A DNA stretch of 64,000 nt. Origin: Eledone cirrhosa. Taxonomy: Eukaryota. The notes beneath the pieces are model-generated. The model was not told where the DNA came from, searched no databases, and saw only the letters and a list, made by a program, of their open reading frames with translations. The DNA is taken from contig OZ024740.1 of assembly GCA_964016885.1 (NCBI GenBank), positions 15,934,001-15,998,000 of the forward strand, read 5' to 3'. Both the position numbers and the translations under genes were made by a program. Below are positions 1 to 13,990 of the stretch, piece by piece. Within the stretch, counting starts at the first letter, position 1; the number at the start of each line of letters is the position of its first letter.

Positions 1-789
1 AGAGAAGTAACTCTCAGAGAACTAGACAGCAGGTCTTCAGAGAAGAAACTCTCGGGAGAGCTGGACAGCAGAAGGTCTTCAGAGAGGAAACTCTCGGGAG
101 AGCTAGACAGCAGAAGGTCTTCAGAAAAGAAACTCTCAGGAGAGCTAGACAGCAGAAGGTCTTCAGAGAAGAAACTCTCAGGAGAGCTGGACAGCAGAAG
201 GTCTTCAGAAAAGAAACTCTCAGGAGAGCTACACAGCAGAAGGTCTTCAGAGAAGAAACTCTCAGCAGAGCTAGACAGCAGAAGGTCTTTAGAGAAGAAA
301 CTTTCAGGAGAGCTAGACAGCAGAAGGTCTTCAGAGAAGAAACTCTCAGGAGAGCTGGACAGCAGAAGGTCTTCAGAGAAGAAGCTCTCGGGAGAGTTGG
401 ACAGCAGAAGGTCTTCAGAGAAGAAACTCTCAGGAGAGCTAGACAGCAGAAGGTCTTCAGAGAAGAAAGTCTCAGGAGAGCTGGACAGCAGAAGGTCTTC
501 AGAGAAGAAACTCTCAGGAGAGCTGGATAGCAGAAGGTCTTCAGAGAAGAAACTCTCGGGAGAGCTGGACAGCAGAAGGTCTTTAGAGAAGAAACTCTCA
601 GGAGAGCTAGACAGCAGATGGTCTTCAGAGAAGAAACTCTCAAGAGAGTTGGACAGCAGAAGGTCTTCAGAGAACAAACTCACGGGAGAGCTGGACAGCA
701 GAAGGTCTTCAGACATAAACTCTCGGGAGAGCTGGACAGCAGAAGGTCTTCAGAGAAGAAACTCTCGGGAGAGCTGGACAGCAGAAGGT

Positions 790-3700
790 CTTCAGAGAAG
801 AAACTCTCGGTAGAGCTGGACAGCAGAAGGTCTTCAGAGAAGAAACTGTCAGGAGAGCTGGACAGTAGGTCTTCAGAGAAGAAACTCTCGGGAGTGCTGG
901 ACAGCAGAAGGTCTTTAGAGAAGAAACTCTCAGAAGAGCTAGACAGCAGAAGGTGTTCAGAAAAGAAACTCTCAGAAGAGCTAGACAGCAGGTCTTCAGA
1001 GAAGAAACTCTCGGGAGAGCTGGACAGCAGAAAATGTTCAGAGAGAGAACTGTCAGGAGAGCTGGACAGCAGAAGGTCTTCAGAGCAGAAACTCTCAGGA
1101 GAGCTAGACAGCAGGTCTTCAGAGAATAAATTCTCAGGAGAGCTGGACAGCAGAAGGTCTTCAGAGAAGAAACTCTCAGGAGAACTAGACAGCAGGTCTT
1201 CAGAGAAGAAACTCTTAGGAGAGCTAAACAGCAGAAGGTCTTCAGAGAAAAAACTCTCAGGAGAGCTAGACAGCAGAGGGTCTTCAGAGAAGAAACTATC
1301 GGGAGAGCTGGACAGCAGATGGTCTTCAGCGAAGAAACTCTCAGAAGAGTTGGACAGCAGAAGGTCTTTAGAGAAGAAACTCTCAGGAGAGCTAGACAGC
1401 TGAAGGTCTTCAGAGAAGAAACTCTTAGAAGAGCTAGACATCAGGTCTTCAGAGAAGAAACTCTCGGGAGTGCTGGACAGCAGAAGGTCTTCAGAGAAGA
1501 AACTCTCAGGAGAGCTGGACAGCAGAAGGTCTTCAGAGAAGAAACTCTCGGGAGAGCTGGTCAGCAGATGGTCTTCAGCGAAGAAACTCTCAGAAGAGTT
1601 GGACAGCAGAAGGTCTTCAGAGAAGAAACTCTCAGGAGAGCTAGACAGCAGAAGGTCTTCAGAGAAGAAACTCTCAGAAGAGCTAGACAGCAGTTCTTCA
1701 GAGAAGAAACTCTCGGGAGAGCTGGACAGCAGAAGGTATTCTGAGAAGAAACTCTCAGGAGAGCTGGACAGCAGAAGGTCTTTAGAGAAGAAACTGTCAG
1801 AAGAGCTAGACCGCAGAAGGTCTTCAGAGAAGAAACTGTCAGGAGAGCTGGACAGCAAAAGGTCTTTAGAGAAGAAACTGTCAGGAGAGCTGGACAGTAG
1901 AAGGTCTTTAGAGAAGAAACTCTCAGGAGAGCTGGACAGTAGAAGGTCTTCAGAGAAGAATCTGTCAGGAGACCTGGGCAGCAGAAGGTCTTTAGAGAAG
2001 AAACTCTCAGGAGAGCTGGCCAGCAGAAGGTCTTCAGAGAAGAAACTGTCAGGAGAGCTGGACAGCAGATGGTCTTCAGCGAAGAAACTCTCAGAAGAGT
2101 TGGACAGCAGAAGGTCTTCAGAGAAGAAACTCTCAGGGGAGCTAGGCAGCAGAAGGTCTTCAGAGAAGTAACTCTCAGAGAACTAGACAGCAGGTCTTCA
2201 GAGAAGAAACTCTCGGGAGAGCTTGACAGCAGAAGGTCTTCAGAGAGGAAACTCTCGGGAGAGCTAGACAGCAGAAGGTCTTCAGAGAAGAAGCTCTCGG
2301 GAGTGCTGGACAGCAGAAGGTCTTTAGAGAAGAAACTCTCAGAAGAGCTAGACAGCAGAAGGTGTTCAGCGAAGAAACTGTCAGGAGAGCTGGACAGCAG
2401 AAGGTCTTCAGAGAAGAAACTCTCAGAAGAGCTAGACAGCAGGTCTTCAGAGAAGAAACTCTCGGGAGAACTGGACAGCAGAAGGTCTTCAGAGAAGAAA
2501 CTCTCAGAAGAGCTAGACAGCAGAAAATGTTCACAGAAGAAACTGTCAAGAGAGCTGGACAGCAGAAGGTCTTCAGAGAAAAAACTCTCAGGAGAGCTGA
2601 ACAGCAGAAGGTCTTCAGAGAAGAAACTCTCGGGAGAGCTGGACAGCAGAAGGTCTTCAGAAAAGAAACTCTCAGGAGAGCTAGACAGCAGAAGGTCTTC
2701 AGAGAAGAAACTCTCAGGAGAGCTAGACAGCAGAAGGTCTTCAGAGAAGAAACTCTCAGGAGAGCTAGACAGCAGAGGGTCTTCAGAGAAGAAACTCTCG
2801 GGAGAGCTGGTCAGCAGATGGTCTTCAGCGAAGAAACTCTCAGAAGAGTTGGACAGCAGAAGGTCTTCAGAGAAGAAACTCTCAGGAGAGCTAGACAGCA
2901 GAAGGTCTTCAGAGAAGAAACTCTCAGAAGAGCTCGACAGCAGTTCTTCAGAGAAGAAACTCTCGGGAGAGCTGGACAGCAGAAGGTATTCTGAGAAGAA
3001 ACTCTCAGGAGAGCTGGACAGCAGAAGGTCTTTAGAGAAGAAACTGTCAGAAGAGCTAAACCGCAGAAGGTCTTCAGAGAAGAAACTGTCAGGAGAGCTG
3101 GACAGCAAAAGGTCTTTAGAGAAGAAACTGTCAGGAGAGCTGGACAGTAGAAGGTCTTTAGAGAAGAAACTCTCAGGAGAGCTGGACAGTAGAAGGTCTT
3201 CAGAGAAGAATCTGTCAGGAGACCTGGACAGCAGAAGGTCTTTAGAGAAGAAACTCTCAGGAGAGCTGGCCAGCAGAAGGTCTTCAGAGAAGAAACTGTC
3301 AGGAGAGCTGGACAGCAGATGGTCTTCAGCGAAGAAACTCTCAGAAGAGTTGGACAGCAGAAGGTCTTCAGAGAAGAAACTCTCAGGGGAGCTAGGCAGC
3401 AGAAGGTCTTCAGAGAAGTAACTCTCAGAGAACTAGACAGCAGGTCTTCAGAGAAGAAACTCTCGGGAGAGCTGGACAGCAGAAGGTCTTCAGAGAGGAA
3501 ACTCTCGGGAGAGCTAGACAGCAGAAGGTCTTCAGAAAAGAAACTCTCAGGAGAACTAGACAGCAGAAGGTCTTCAGAGAAGAAACTCTCAGGAGAGTTG
3601 GACAGCAGAAGGTCTGCAGAGAAGAAACTCTCAGGAGAGCTGGACAGCAGAAGGTCTTCAGAAAAGAAACTCTCAGGAGAGCTACACAGCAGAAGGTCTT

Positions 3701-3995
3701 CAGAGAAGAAACTCTCAGCAGAGCTAGACAGCAGAAGGTCTTTAGAGAAGAAACTTTCAGGAGAGCTAGACAGCAGAAGGTCTTCAGAGAAGAAACTCTC
3801 AGGATAGCTGGACAGCAGAAGGTCTTCAGAGAAGAAGCTCTCGGGAGAGTTGGATAGCAGAAGGTCTTCAGAGAAGAAACTCTCAGGAGAGCTAGACAGC
3901 AGAAGGTCTTCAGAGAAGAAAGTCTCAGGAGAGCTGGACAGCAGAAGGTCTTCAGAGAAGAAACTCTCAGGAGAGCTGGATAGCAGAAGGTCTTC
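790..3995. repeat. ~3.2-kb block, copy 1 (copy 2 at +6654)
   Basis: ORF pairs 1319/7973, 1470/8124, 1561/8215, 2069/8723 and 3319/9973 are all offset by 6654; TCGGTAG marker at 807 and 7461. Confidence 0.9.
1545..3520. repeat. ~0.73-kb segment repeated at 1250-bp offset (~1545-2270 and ~2795-3520; also present in the 6654 copy)
   Basis: ORF coordinates 1561/2811, 1858/3108, 2069/3319 and 8723/9973 differ by 1250; the rare GTATTCTGAG variant recurs at that spacing. Confidence 0.85.
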
Positions 3996-4345
3996 AGAGA
4001 AGAAACTCTCGGGAGAGCTGGACAGCAGAAGGTCTTTAGAGAAGAAACTCTCAGGAGAGCTAGACAGCAGAAGGTCTTCAGAGAAGAAACACTCAGAAGA
4101 GCTAGACAGCAGGTCTTCAGAGAAGAAACTCTCGGGAGAGCTGGACAGCAGAAGGTCTTCATAGAAGAAACTCTCGGGAGAGCTGGACAGCAGAAGGTCT
4201 TCAGAGAAGAAACTCCCAGGAGAGTTGCACAGCAGAAGGTCTGCAGAGAAGAAACTCTCGGGAGAGCTGGACAGCAGAAGGTCTTCAGAGAAGAAACTCT
4301 CGGGAGAGCTGGACAGCAGAAGGTCTTCAGAAAAGAAACATTCAG

Positions 4346-6995
4346 GAGAGCTAGACAGCAGGTCTTCAGAGAAGAAACTCTCGGGAGAGCTGGACAGCAG
4401 AAAATGTTCAGAGAGAGAACTGTCAGGAGAGCTGGACAGCAGAAGGTCTTCAGAGCAGAAACTCTCAGGAGAGCTAGACAGCAGGTCTTCAGAGAATAAA
4501 CTCTCAGGAGAGCTGGACAGCAGAAGGTCTTCAGAGAAGAAACTCTCAGGAGAACTAGACAGCAGGTCTTCAGAGAAGAAATTCTCAGGAGAGCTGGACA
4601 GCAGATGGTCTTCAGAGAAGAAACTCTCGGGAGAGCTGGACAGCAGAAGGTCTTCAGAGAAGAAACTCTCAGGAGAGCTAGACAGCAGAAGGTCTTCAGA
4701 GAAGAAACTCTTAGGAGAGCTAAACAGCAGAAGGTCTTCAGAGAAAAAACTCTCAGGAGAGCTAGACAGCAGAGGGTCTTCAGAGAAGAAACTATCGGGA
4801 GAGCTGGACAGCAGATGGTCTTCAGCGAAGAAACTCTCAGAAGAGTTGGACAGCAGAAGGTCTTTAGAGAAGAAACTCTCAGGAGAGCTAGACAGCTGAA
4901 GGTCTTCAGAGAAGAAACTCTTAGAAGAGCTAGACATCAGGTCTTCAGAGAAGAAACTCTCGGGAGTGCTGGACAGCAGAAGGTCTTCAGAGAAGAAACT
5001 CTCAGGAGAGCTGGATAGCAGAAGGTCTTCAGAGAAGAAACTCTCGGGAGAGCTGGACAGCATAAGGTCTTCAGAAAAGAAACTCTCAGGAGAGCTAGAC
5101 AGCAGAAGGTCTTCAGAGAAGAAACTCTCAGGAGAGCTAGACAGCAGAAGGTCTTCAGAGAAGAAACTGTCAGGAGAGCTGGACAGCAGAAGGTCTTCAG
5201 AGAAGAAACTGTCAGGAGAGCTAGACAGCAGAAGGTCTTTAGAAGAAACTCTCAGGAGAGCTAGACAGCAGAAGGTCTTCAGAGAAGAAACTCTCAGGAG
5301 AGCTGGACATCAGAAGGTCTTCAGAGAATAAACTGTCAGGAGAGTTGGACAGCAGAAGGTCTTCAGAGAACAAACTCACGGGAGAGCTGGACAGCAGAAG
5401 GTCTTCAGAGATAAACTCTCGGGAGAGCTGGACAGCAGAAGGTCTTCAGAGAAGAAACTGTCAGGAGAGCTGGACAGTAGGTCTTCAGAGAAGAAATTCT
5501 CGGGAGTGCTGGACAGCAGAATGTCTTTAGAGAAGAAACTCTCAGAAGAGCTAGACAGCAGAAAATGTTCAGAGAAGAAACTGTCAGGAGAGCTGGACAG
5601 CAGAAGGTCTTCAGAGAAGAAACTCTCAGGAGAGCTAGACAGCAGAAGGTCTTCAGAGAAGAAACTCTCAGGAGAGCTGGACAGTAGAAGGTCTACAGAG
5701 AAGAAACTCTCGGGAGAGCTGGACAGCAGAAGGTCTTCAGAGAAGAAACTCTCAGGAGAGCTAGACAGCAGAAGGTCTTCAGAGAAGAAACTCTCAGGAG
5801 AGCTAGACAGCAGAAGGTCTTCAGAGAAGAAACTCTCAGGAGAGCTAGAGAGCAGATGGTCTTCAGAGAAGAAACTCTCGGGGGAGCTGGACAGCAGATG
5901 GTCTTCAGCGAAGAAACTCTCAGAAGAGTTGGACAGCAGAAGGTCTTCAGAGAAGAAACTCTCAGGAGAGCTGGACAGCAGAAGGTCTTCAGAGACGAAA
6001 CTCTCGGGAGAGCTGGACAGCAGAAGGTCTTCAGAGAAGAAACTCTCAGGAGATGTAGACAGCAGAAAATGTTCAGAGAAGAAACTGTCAGGAGAGCTGG
6101 ACAGCAGAAGGTCTTCAGAGAAGAAACTCTCAGGAGAACTAGACAGCAGGTCTTCAGAGAAGAAACTCTCAGGAGAGCTGGACAGCAGATGGTCTTCAGA
6201 GAAGAAACTCTCGGGAGAGCAGGACAGCAGAAGGTCTTCAGAGAAGAAACTCTCAGGAGAGCTAGACAGCAGAAGGTCTTCAGAGAAGAAACTCTTAGGA
6301 GAGCTAAACAGCAGAAGGTCTTCAGAGAAAAAACTCTCAGGAGAGCTAGACAGCAGAGGGTCTTCAGAGAAGAAACTATCGGGAGAGCTGGACAGCAGAT
6401 GGTCTTCAGCGAAGAAACTCTCAGAAGAGTTGGACAGCAGAAGGTCTTTAGAGAAGAAACTCTCAGGAGAGCTAGACAGGAGAAGGTCTTCAGAGAAGAA
6501 ACTCTCAGAAGAGCTAGACATCAGGTCTTCAGAGAAGAAGCTCTCGGGAGAGCTGGACAGCAGAAGGTCTTCAGAGAAGAAACTCTCAGGAGAGCTGGAC
6601 AGCAGAAGGTCTTCAGAGAAGAAACTCTCGGGAGAACTGGACAGCATAAGGTCTTCAGAAAAGAAACTCTCAGGAGAGCTAGACAGCAGAAGGTCTTCAG
6701 AGAAGAAACTCTCAGGAGAGCTAGACAGCAGAAGGTCTTCAGAGAAGAAACTGTCAGGAGAGCTGGACAGCAGAAGGTCTTCAGAGAAGAAACTGTCAGG
6801 AGAGCTAGACAGCAGAAGGTCTTTAGAAGAAACTCTCAGGAGAGCTAGACAGCAGAAGGTCTTCAGAGAAGAAACTCTCAGGAGAGCTGGACAGCAGAAG
6901 GTCTTAACAGAAGAAACTCTCAGGAGAGCTGGACAGCAAAATGTCTTCAGAGAAGAAACTCTCTGGAGAGCTGGACAGCAGAAGGTCTTCAGAGA
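4346..6995. repeat. ~2.65-kb block, copy 1 (copy 2 at +8689)
   Basis: ORF pairs 4605/13294, 4966/13655, 5345/14034, 5376/14065, 5506/14195, 5856/14545 and 6941/15630 are all offset by 8689. Confidence 0.9.
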
Positions 6996-7443
6996 ATAAA
7001 CTGTCAGGAGAGTTGGACAGCAAAAGGTCTTCAGAGATAAACTCTCGGGAGAGCTGGACAGCAGAAGGTCTTCAGAGAAGAAACTGTCAGGAGAACTGGA
7101 CAGTAGGTCTTCAGAGAAGAAATTCTCGGGAGTGCTGGACAGCAGAAGGTCTTTAGAGAAGAAACTCTCAGAAGAGCTAGACAGCAGAAAATGTTCAGAG
7201 AAGAAACTGTCAGGAGAGCTGGACAGCAGAAGGTCTTCAGAGAAGAAACTCTCAGGAGAGCTAGACAGCAGAAGGTCTACAGAGAAGAAACTCTCAGGAG
7301 AGCTGGACAGTAGAAGGTCTTCAGCAAAGAAACTCTCAGAAGAGTTGGACAGCAGAAGGTCTTTAGAGAAGAACTCTCAGGAGAGCTAGACAGCAGAAGG
7401 TCTTCAGAGAAGAAACTCTCAGGAGAGCTGGACAGCAGAAGGT

Positions 7444-10400
7444 CTTCAGAGAAGAAACTCTCGGTAGAGCTGGACAGCAGAAGGTCTTCAGAGAAGAAAC
7501 TGTCAGGAGAGCTGGACAGTAGGTCTTCAGAGAAGAAACTCTCGGGAGTGCTGGACAGCAGAAGGTCTTTAGAGAAGAAACTCTCAGAAGAGCTAGACAG
7601 CAGAAGGTGTTCAGAGAAGAAACTCTCAGAAGAGCTAGACAGCAGGTCTTCAGAGAAGAAACTCTCGGGAGAGCTGGACAGCAGAAAATGTTCAGAGAGA
7701 GAACTGTCAGGAGAGCTGGACAGCAGAAGGTCTTCAGAGCAGAAACTCTCAGGAGAGCTAGACAGCAGGTCTTCAGAGAATAAACTCTCAGGAGAGCTGC
7801 ACAGCAGAAGGTCTTCAGAGAAGAAACTCTCAGGAGAACTAGACAGCAGGTCTTCAGAGAAGAAACTCTTAGGAGAGCTAAACAGCAGAAGGTCTTCAGA
7901 GAAAAAACTCTCAGGAGAGCTAGACAGCAGAGGGTCTTCAGAGAAGAAACTATCGGGAGAGCTGGACAGCAGATGGTCTTCAGCGAAGAAACTCTCAGAA
8001 GAGTTGGACAGCAGAAGGTCTTTAGAGAAGAAACTCTCAGGAGAGCTAGACAGCTGAAGGTCTTCAGAGAAGAAACTCTTAGAAGAGCTAGACATCAGGT
8101 CTTCAGAGAAGAAACTCTCGGGAGTGCTGGACAGCAGAAGGTCTTCAGAGAAGAAACTCTCAGGAGAGCTGGACAGCAGAAGGTCTTCAGAGAAGAAACT
8201 CTCGGGAGAGCTGGTCAGCAGATGGTCTTCAGCGAAGAAACTCTCAGAAGAGTTGGACAGCAGAAGGTCTTCAGAGAAGAAACTCTCAGGAGAGCTAGAC
8301 AGCAGAAGGTCTTCAGAGAAGAAACTCTCAGAAGAGCTAGACAGCAGTTCTTCAGAGAAGAAACTCTCGGGAGAGCTGGACAGCAGAAGGTATTCTGAGA
8401 AGAAACTCTCAGGAGAGCTGGACAGCAGAAGGTCTTTAGAGAAGAAACTGTCAGAAGAGCTAGACCGCAGAAGGTCTTCAGAGAAGAAACTGTCAGGAGA
8501 GCTGGACAGCAAAAGGTCTTTAGAGAAGAAACTGTCAGGAGAGCTGGACAGTAGAAGGTCTTTAGAGAAGAAACTCTCAGGAGAGCTGGACAGTAGAAGG
8601 TCTTCAGAGAAGAATCTGTCAGGAGACCTGGGCAGCAGAAGGTCTTTAGAGAAGAAACTCTCAGGAGAGCTGGCCAGCAGAAGGTCTTCAGAGAAGAAAC
8701 TGTCAGGAGAGCTGGACAGCAGATGGTCTTCAGCGAAGAAACTCTCAGAAGAGTTGGACAGCAGAAGGTCTTCAGAGAAGAAACTCTCAGGGGAGCTAGG
8801 CAGCAGAAGGTCTTCAGAGAAGTAACTCTCAGAGAACTAGACAGCAGGTCTTCTGAGAAGAAACTCTCGGGAGAGCTTGACAGCAGAAGGTCTTCAGAGA
8901 GGAAACTCTCAGGAGAGCTAGACAGCAGAAGGTCTTCAGAGAAGAAGCTCTCGGGAGTGCTGGACAGCACAAGGTCTTTAGAGAAGAAACTCTCAGAAGA
9001 GCTAGACAGCAGAAGGTGTTCAGCGAAGAAACTGTCAGGAGAGCTGGACAGCAGAAGGTCTTCAGAGAAGAAACTCTCAGAAGAGCTAGACAGCAGGTCT
9101 TCAGAGAAGAAACTCTCGGGAGAACTGGACAGCAGAAGGTCTTCAGAGAAGAAACTCTCAGAAGAGCTAGACAGCAGAAAATGTTCACAGAAGAAACTGT
9201 CAAGAGAGCTGGACAGCAGAAGGTCTTCAGAGAAAAAACTCTCAGGAGAGCTGAACAGCAGAAGGTCTTCAGAGAAGAAACTATCAGGAGAGCTGGACAG
9301 CAGAAGGTCTTCAGAAAAGAAACTCTCAGGAGAGCTAGACAGCAGAAGGTCTTCAGAGAAGAAACTCTCAGGAGAGCTAGACAGCAGAAGGTCTTCAGAG
9401 AAGAAACTCTCAGGAGAGCTAGACAGCAGAGGGTCTTCAGAGAAGAAACTCTCGGGAGAGCTGGTCAGCAGATGGTCTTCAGCGAAGAAACTCTCAGAAG
9501 AGTTGGACAGCAGAAGGTCTTCAGAGAAGAAACTCTCAGGAGAGCTAGACAGCAGAAGGTCTTCAGAGAAGAAACTCTCAGAAGAGCTGGACAGCAGTTC
9601 TTCAGAGAAGAAACTCTCGGGAGAGCTGGACAGCAGAAGGTATTCTGAGAAGAAACTCTCAGGAGAGCTGGACAGCAGAAGGTCTTTAGAGAAGAAACTG
9701 TCAGAAGAGCTAGACCGCAGAAGGTCTTCAGAGAAGAAACTGTCAGGAGAGCTGGACAGCAAAAGGTCTTTAGAGAAGAAACTGTCAGGAGAGCTGGACA
9801 GTAGAAGGTCTTTAGAGAAGAATCTCTCAGGAGAGCTGGACAGTAGAAGGTCTTCAGAGAAGAATCTGTCAGGAGACCTGGACAGCAGAAGGTCTTTAGA
9901 GAAGAAACTCTCAGGAGAGCTGGCCAGCAGAAGGTCTTCAGAGAAGAAACTGTAAGGAGAGCTGGACAGCAGATGGTCTTCAGCGAAGAAACTCTCACGA
10001 GAGTTGGACAGCAGAAGGTCTTCAGAGAAGAAACTCTCAGGGGAGCTAGGCAGCAGAAGGTCTTCAGAGAAGTAACTCTCAGAGAACTAGACAGCAGGTC
10101 TTCAGAGAAGAAACTCTCGGGAGAGCTGGACAGCAGAAGGTCTTCAGAGAGGAAACTCTCGGGAGAGCTAGACAGCAGAAGGTCTTCAGAAAAGAAACTC
10201 TCAGGAGAGCTAGACAGCAGAAGGTCTTCAGAGAAGAAACTCTCAGGAGAGTTGGACAGCAGAAGGTCTGCAGAGAAGAAACTCTCAGGAGAGCTGGACA
10301 GCAGAAGGTCTTTAGAAAAGAAACTCTCAGGAGAGCTACACAGCAGAAGGTCTTCAGAGAAGAAACTCTCAGCAGAGCTAGACAGCAGAAGGTCTTTAGA

Positions 10401-10649
10401 GAAGAAACTTTCAGGAGAGCTAGACAGCAGAAGATCTTCAGAGAAGAAACTCTCAGGAGAGCTGGACAGCAGAAGGTCTTCAGAGAAGAAGCTCTCGGGA
10501 GAGTTGGATAGCAGAAGGTCTTCAGAGAAGAAACTCTCAGGAGAGCTAGACAGCAGAAGGTCTTCAGAGAAGAAAGTCTCAGGAGAGCTGGACAGCAGAA
10601 GGTCTTCAGAGAAGAAACTCTCAGGAGAGCTGGATAGCAGAAGGTCTTT
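7444..10649. repeat. ~3.2-kb block, copy 2 of ~790-3995
   Basis: Same order of rare variants (AGCTGAAGG, GGTCAGC, GTATTCTGAG, GACCGC, AAGTAACTCTCAGAGAAC) at a constant 6654 offset, with scattered substitutions. Confidence 0.9.
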
Positions 10650-13600
10650 AGAGAAGAAACTCTCAGGAGAGCTAGACAGCAGAAGGTCTTCAGAGAAGAA
10701 ACTCTCAAGAGAGTTGGACAGCAGAAGGTCTTCAGAGAACAAACTCACGGGAGAGCTGGACAGCAGAAGGTCTTCAGAGATAAACTCTCGGGAGAGCTGG
10801 ACAGCAGAAGGTCTTCAGAGAAGAAACTCTCGGGAGAGCTGGACAGCAGAAGGTCTTCAGAGAAGAAACTCTCGGTAGAGCTGGACAGCAGAAGGTCTTC
10901 AGAGAAGAAACTGTCAGGAGAGCTGGACAGTAGGTCTTCAGAGAAGAAACTCTCGGGAGTGCTGGACAGCAGAAGGTCTTTAGAGAAGAAACTCTCAGAA
11001 GAGCTAGACAGCAGAAGGTGTTCAGAGAAGAAACTCTCAGAAGAGCTAGACAGCAGGTCTTCAGAGAAGAAACTCTCGGGAGAGCTGGACAGCAGAAAAT
11101 GTTCAGAGAGAGAACTGTCAGGAGAGCTGGACAGCAGAAGGTCTTCAGAGCAGAAACTCTCAGGAGAGCTAGACAGCAGGTCTTCAGAGAATAAACTCTC
11201 AGGAGAGCTGGACAGCAGAAGGTCTTCAGAGAAGAAACTCTCAGGAGAACTAGACAGCAGGTCTTCAGAGAAGAAATTCTCAGGAGAGCTGGACAGCAGA
11301 GGGTCTTCAGAGAAGAAACTATCGGGAGAGCTGGACAGCAGATGGTCTTCAGCGAAGAAACTCTCAGAAGAGTTGGACAGCAGAAGGTCTTTAGAGAAGA
11401 AACTCTCAGGAGAGCTAGACAGCTGAAGGTCTTCAGAGAAGAAACTCTTAGAAGAGCTAGACATCAGGTCTTCAGAGAAGAAACTCTCGGGAGTGCTGGA
11501 CAGCAGAAGGTCTTCAGAGAAGAAACTCTCAGGAGAGCTGGATAGCAGAAGGTCTTCAGAGAAGAAACTCTCGGGAGAGCTGGACAGCATAAGGTCTTCA
11601 GAAAAGAAACTCTCAGGAGAGCTAGACAGCAGAAGGTCTTCAGAGAAGAAACTCTCAGGAGAGCTAGACAGCAGAAGGTCTTCAGAGAAGAAACTGTCAG
11701 GAGAGCTGGACAGCAGAAGGTCTTCAGAGAAGAAACTGTCAGGAGAGCTAGACAGCAGAAGGTCTTTAGAAGAAACTCTCAGGAGAGCTAGACAGCAGAA
11801 GGTCTTCAGAGAAGAAACTCTCAGGAGAGCTGGACAGTAGAAGGTCTTCAGAGAAGAATCTGTCAGGAGACCTGGACAGCAGAAGGTCTTTAGAGAAGAA
11901 ACTCTCAGGAGAGCTGGCCAGCAGAAGGTCTTCAGAGAAGAAACTGTCAGGAGAGCTGGACAGCAGATGGTCTTCAGGGAAGAAACTCTCAGAAGAGTTG
12001 GACAGCAGAAGGTCTTCAGAGAAGAAACTCTCAGGGGAGCTAGGCAACAGAAGGTCTTCAGAGAAGTAACTCTCAGAGAACTAGACAGCAGGTCTTCAGA
12101 GAAGAAACTCTCGGGAGAGCTGGACAGCAGAAGGTCTTCAGAGAGGAAACTCTCGGGAGAGCTAGACAGCAGAAGGTCTTCAGAAAAGAAACTCTCAGGA
12201 GAGCTAGACAGCAGAAGGTCTTCAGAGAAGAAACTCTCAGGAGAGTTGGACAGCAGAAGGTCTGCAGAGAAGAAACTCTCAGGAGAGCTGGACAGCAGAA
12301 GGTCTTCAGAAAAGAAACTCTCAGGAGAGCTACACAGCAGAAGGTCTTCAGAGAAGAAACTCTCAGCAGAGCTAGACAGCAGAAGGTCTTTAGAGAAGAA
12401 ACTTTCAGGAGAGCTAGACAGCAGAAGGTCTTCAGAGAAGAAACTCTCAGGAGAGCTGGACAGCAGAAGGTCTTCAGAGAAGAAGCTCTCGGGAGAGTTG
12501 GATAGCAGAAGGTCTTCAGAGAAGAAACTCTCAGGAGAGCTAGACAGCAGAAGGTCTTCAGAGAAGAAAGTCTCAGGAGAGCTGGACAGCAGAAGGTCTT
12601 CAGAGAAGAAACTCTCAGGAGAGCTGGATAGCAGAAGGTCTTTAGAGAAGAAACTCTCAGGAGAGCTAGACAGCAGAAGGTCTTCAGAGAAGAAACTCTC
12701 AAGAGAGTTGGACAGCAGAAGGTCTTCAGAGAACAAACTCACGGGAGAGCTGGACAGCAGAAGGTCTTCAGAGATAAACTCTCGGGAGAGCTGGACAGCA
12801 GAAGGTCTTCAGAGAAGAAACTCTCGGGAGAGCTGGACAGCAGAAGGTCTTCAGAGAAGAAACTCTCAGTAGAGCTGGACAGCAGAAGGTCTTCAGAGAA
12901 GAAACTGTCAGGAGAGCTGGACAGTAGGTCTTCAGAGAAGAAACTCTCGGGAGTGCTGGACAGCAGAAGGTCTTTAGAGAAGAAACTCTCAGAAGAGCTA
13001 GACAGCAGAAGGTGTTCAGAGAAGAAACTCTCAGAAGAGCTAGACAGCAGGTCTTCAGAGAAGAAACTCTCGGGAGAGCTGGACAGCAGAAAATGTTCAG
13101 AGAGAGAACTGTCAGGAGAGCTGGACAGCAGAAGGTCTTCAGAGCAGAAACTCTCAGGAGAGCTAGACAGCAGGTCTTCAGAGAATAAACTCTCAGGAGA
13201 GCTGGACAGCAGAAGGTCTTCAGAGAAGAAACTCTCAGGAGAACTAGACAGCAGGTCTTCAGAGAAGAAATTCTCAGGAGAGCTGGACAGCAGATGGTCT
13301 TCAGAGAAGAAACTCTCGGGAGAGCTGGACAGCAGAAGGTCTTCAGAGAAGAAACTCTCAGGAGAGCTAGACAGCAGAAGGTCTTCAGAGAAGAAACTCT
13401 TAGGAGAGCTAAACAGCAGAAGGTCTTCAGAGAAAAAACTCTCAGGAGAGCTAGACAGCAGAGGGTCTTCAGAGAAGAAACTATCGGGAGAGCTGGACAG
13501 CAGATGGTCTTCAGCGAAGAAACTCTCAGAAGAGTTGGACAGCAGAAGGTCTTTAGAGAAGAAACTCTCAGGAGAGCTAGACAGCTGAAGGTCTTCAGAG

Positions 13601-13990
13601 AAGAAACTCTTAGAAGAGCTAGACATCAGGTCTTCAGAGAAGAAACTCTCGGGAGTGCTGGACAGCAGAAGGTCTTCAGAGAAGAAATTCTCAGGAGAGC
13701 TGGATAGCAGAAGGTCTTCAGAGAAGAAACTCTCGGGAGAGCTGGACAGCATAAGGTCTTCAGAAAAGAAACTCTCAGGAGAGCTAGACAGCAGAAGGTC
13801 TTCAGAGAAGAAACTCTCAGGAGAGCTAGACAGCAGAAGGTCTTCAGAGAAGAAACTGTCAGGAGAGCTGGACAGCAGAAGGTCTTCAGAGAAGAAACTG
13901 TCAGGAGAGCTAGACAGCAGAAGGTCTTTAGAAGAAACTCTCAGGAGAGCTAGACAGCAGAAGGTCTTCAGAGAAGAAACTCTCAGGAGA
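9830..13990. repeat. Tandem ~2.0-kb higher-order duplication (offset 1994, then 2162 after four extra monomers)
   Basis: ORF pairs 9973/11967, 10079/12073, 10745/12739 and 10959/12953 are offset by 1994; 11493/13655 is offset by 2162 (=1994+168). Confidence 0.85.
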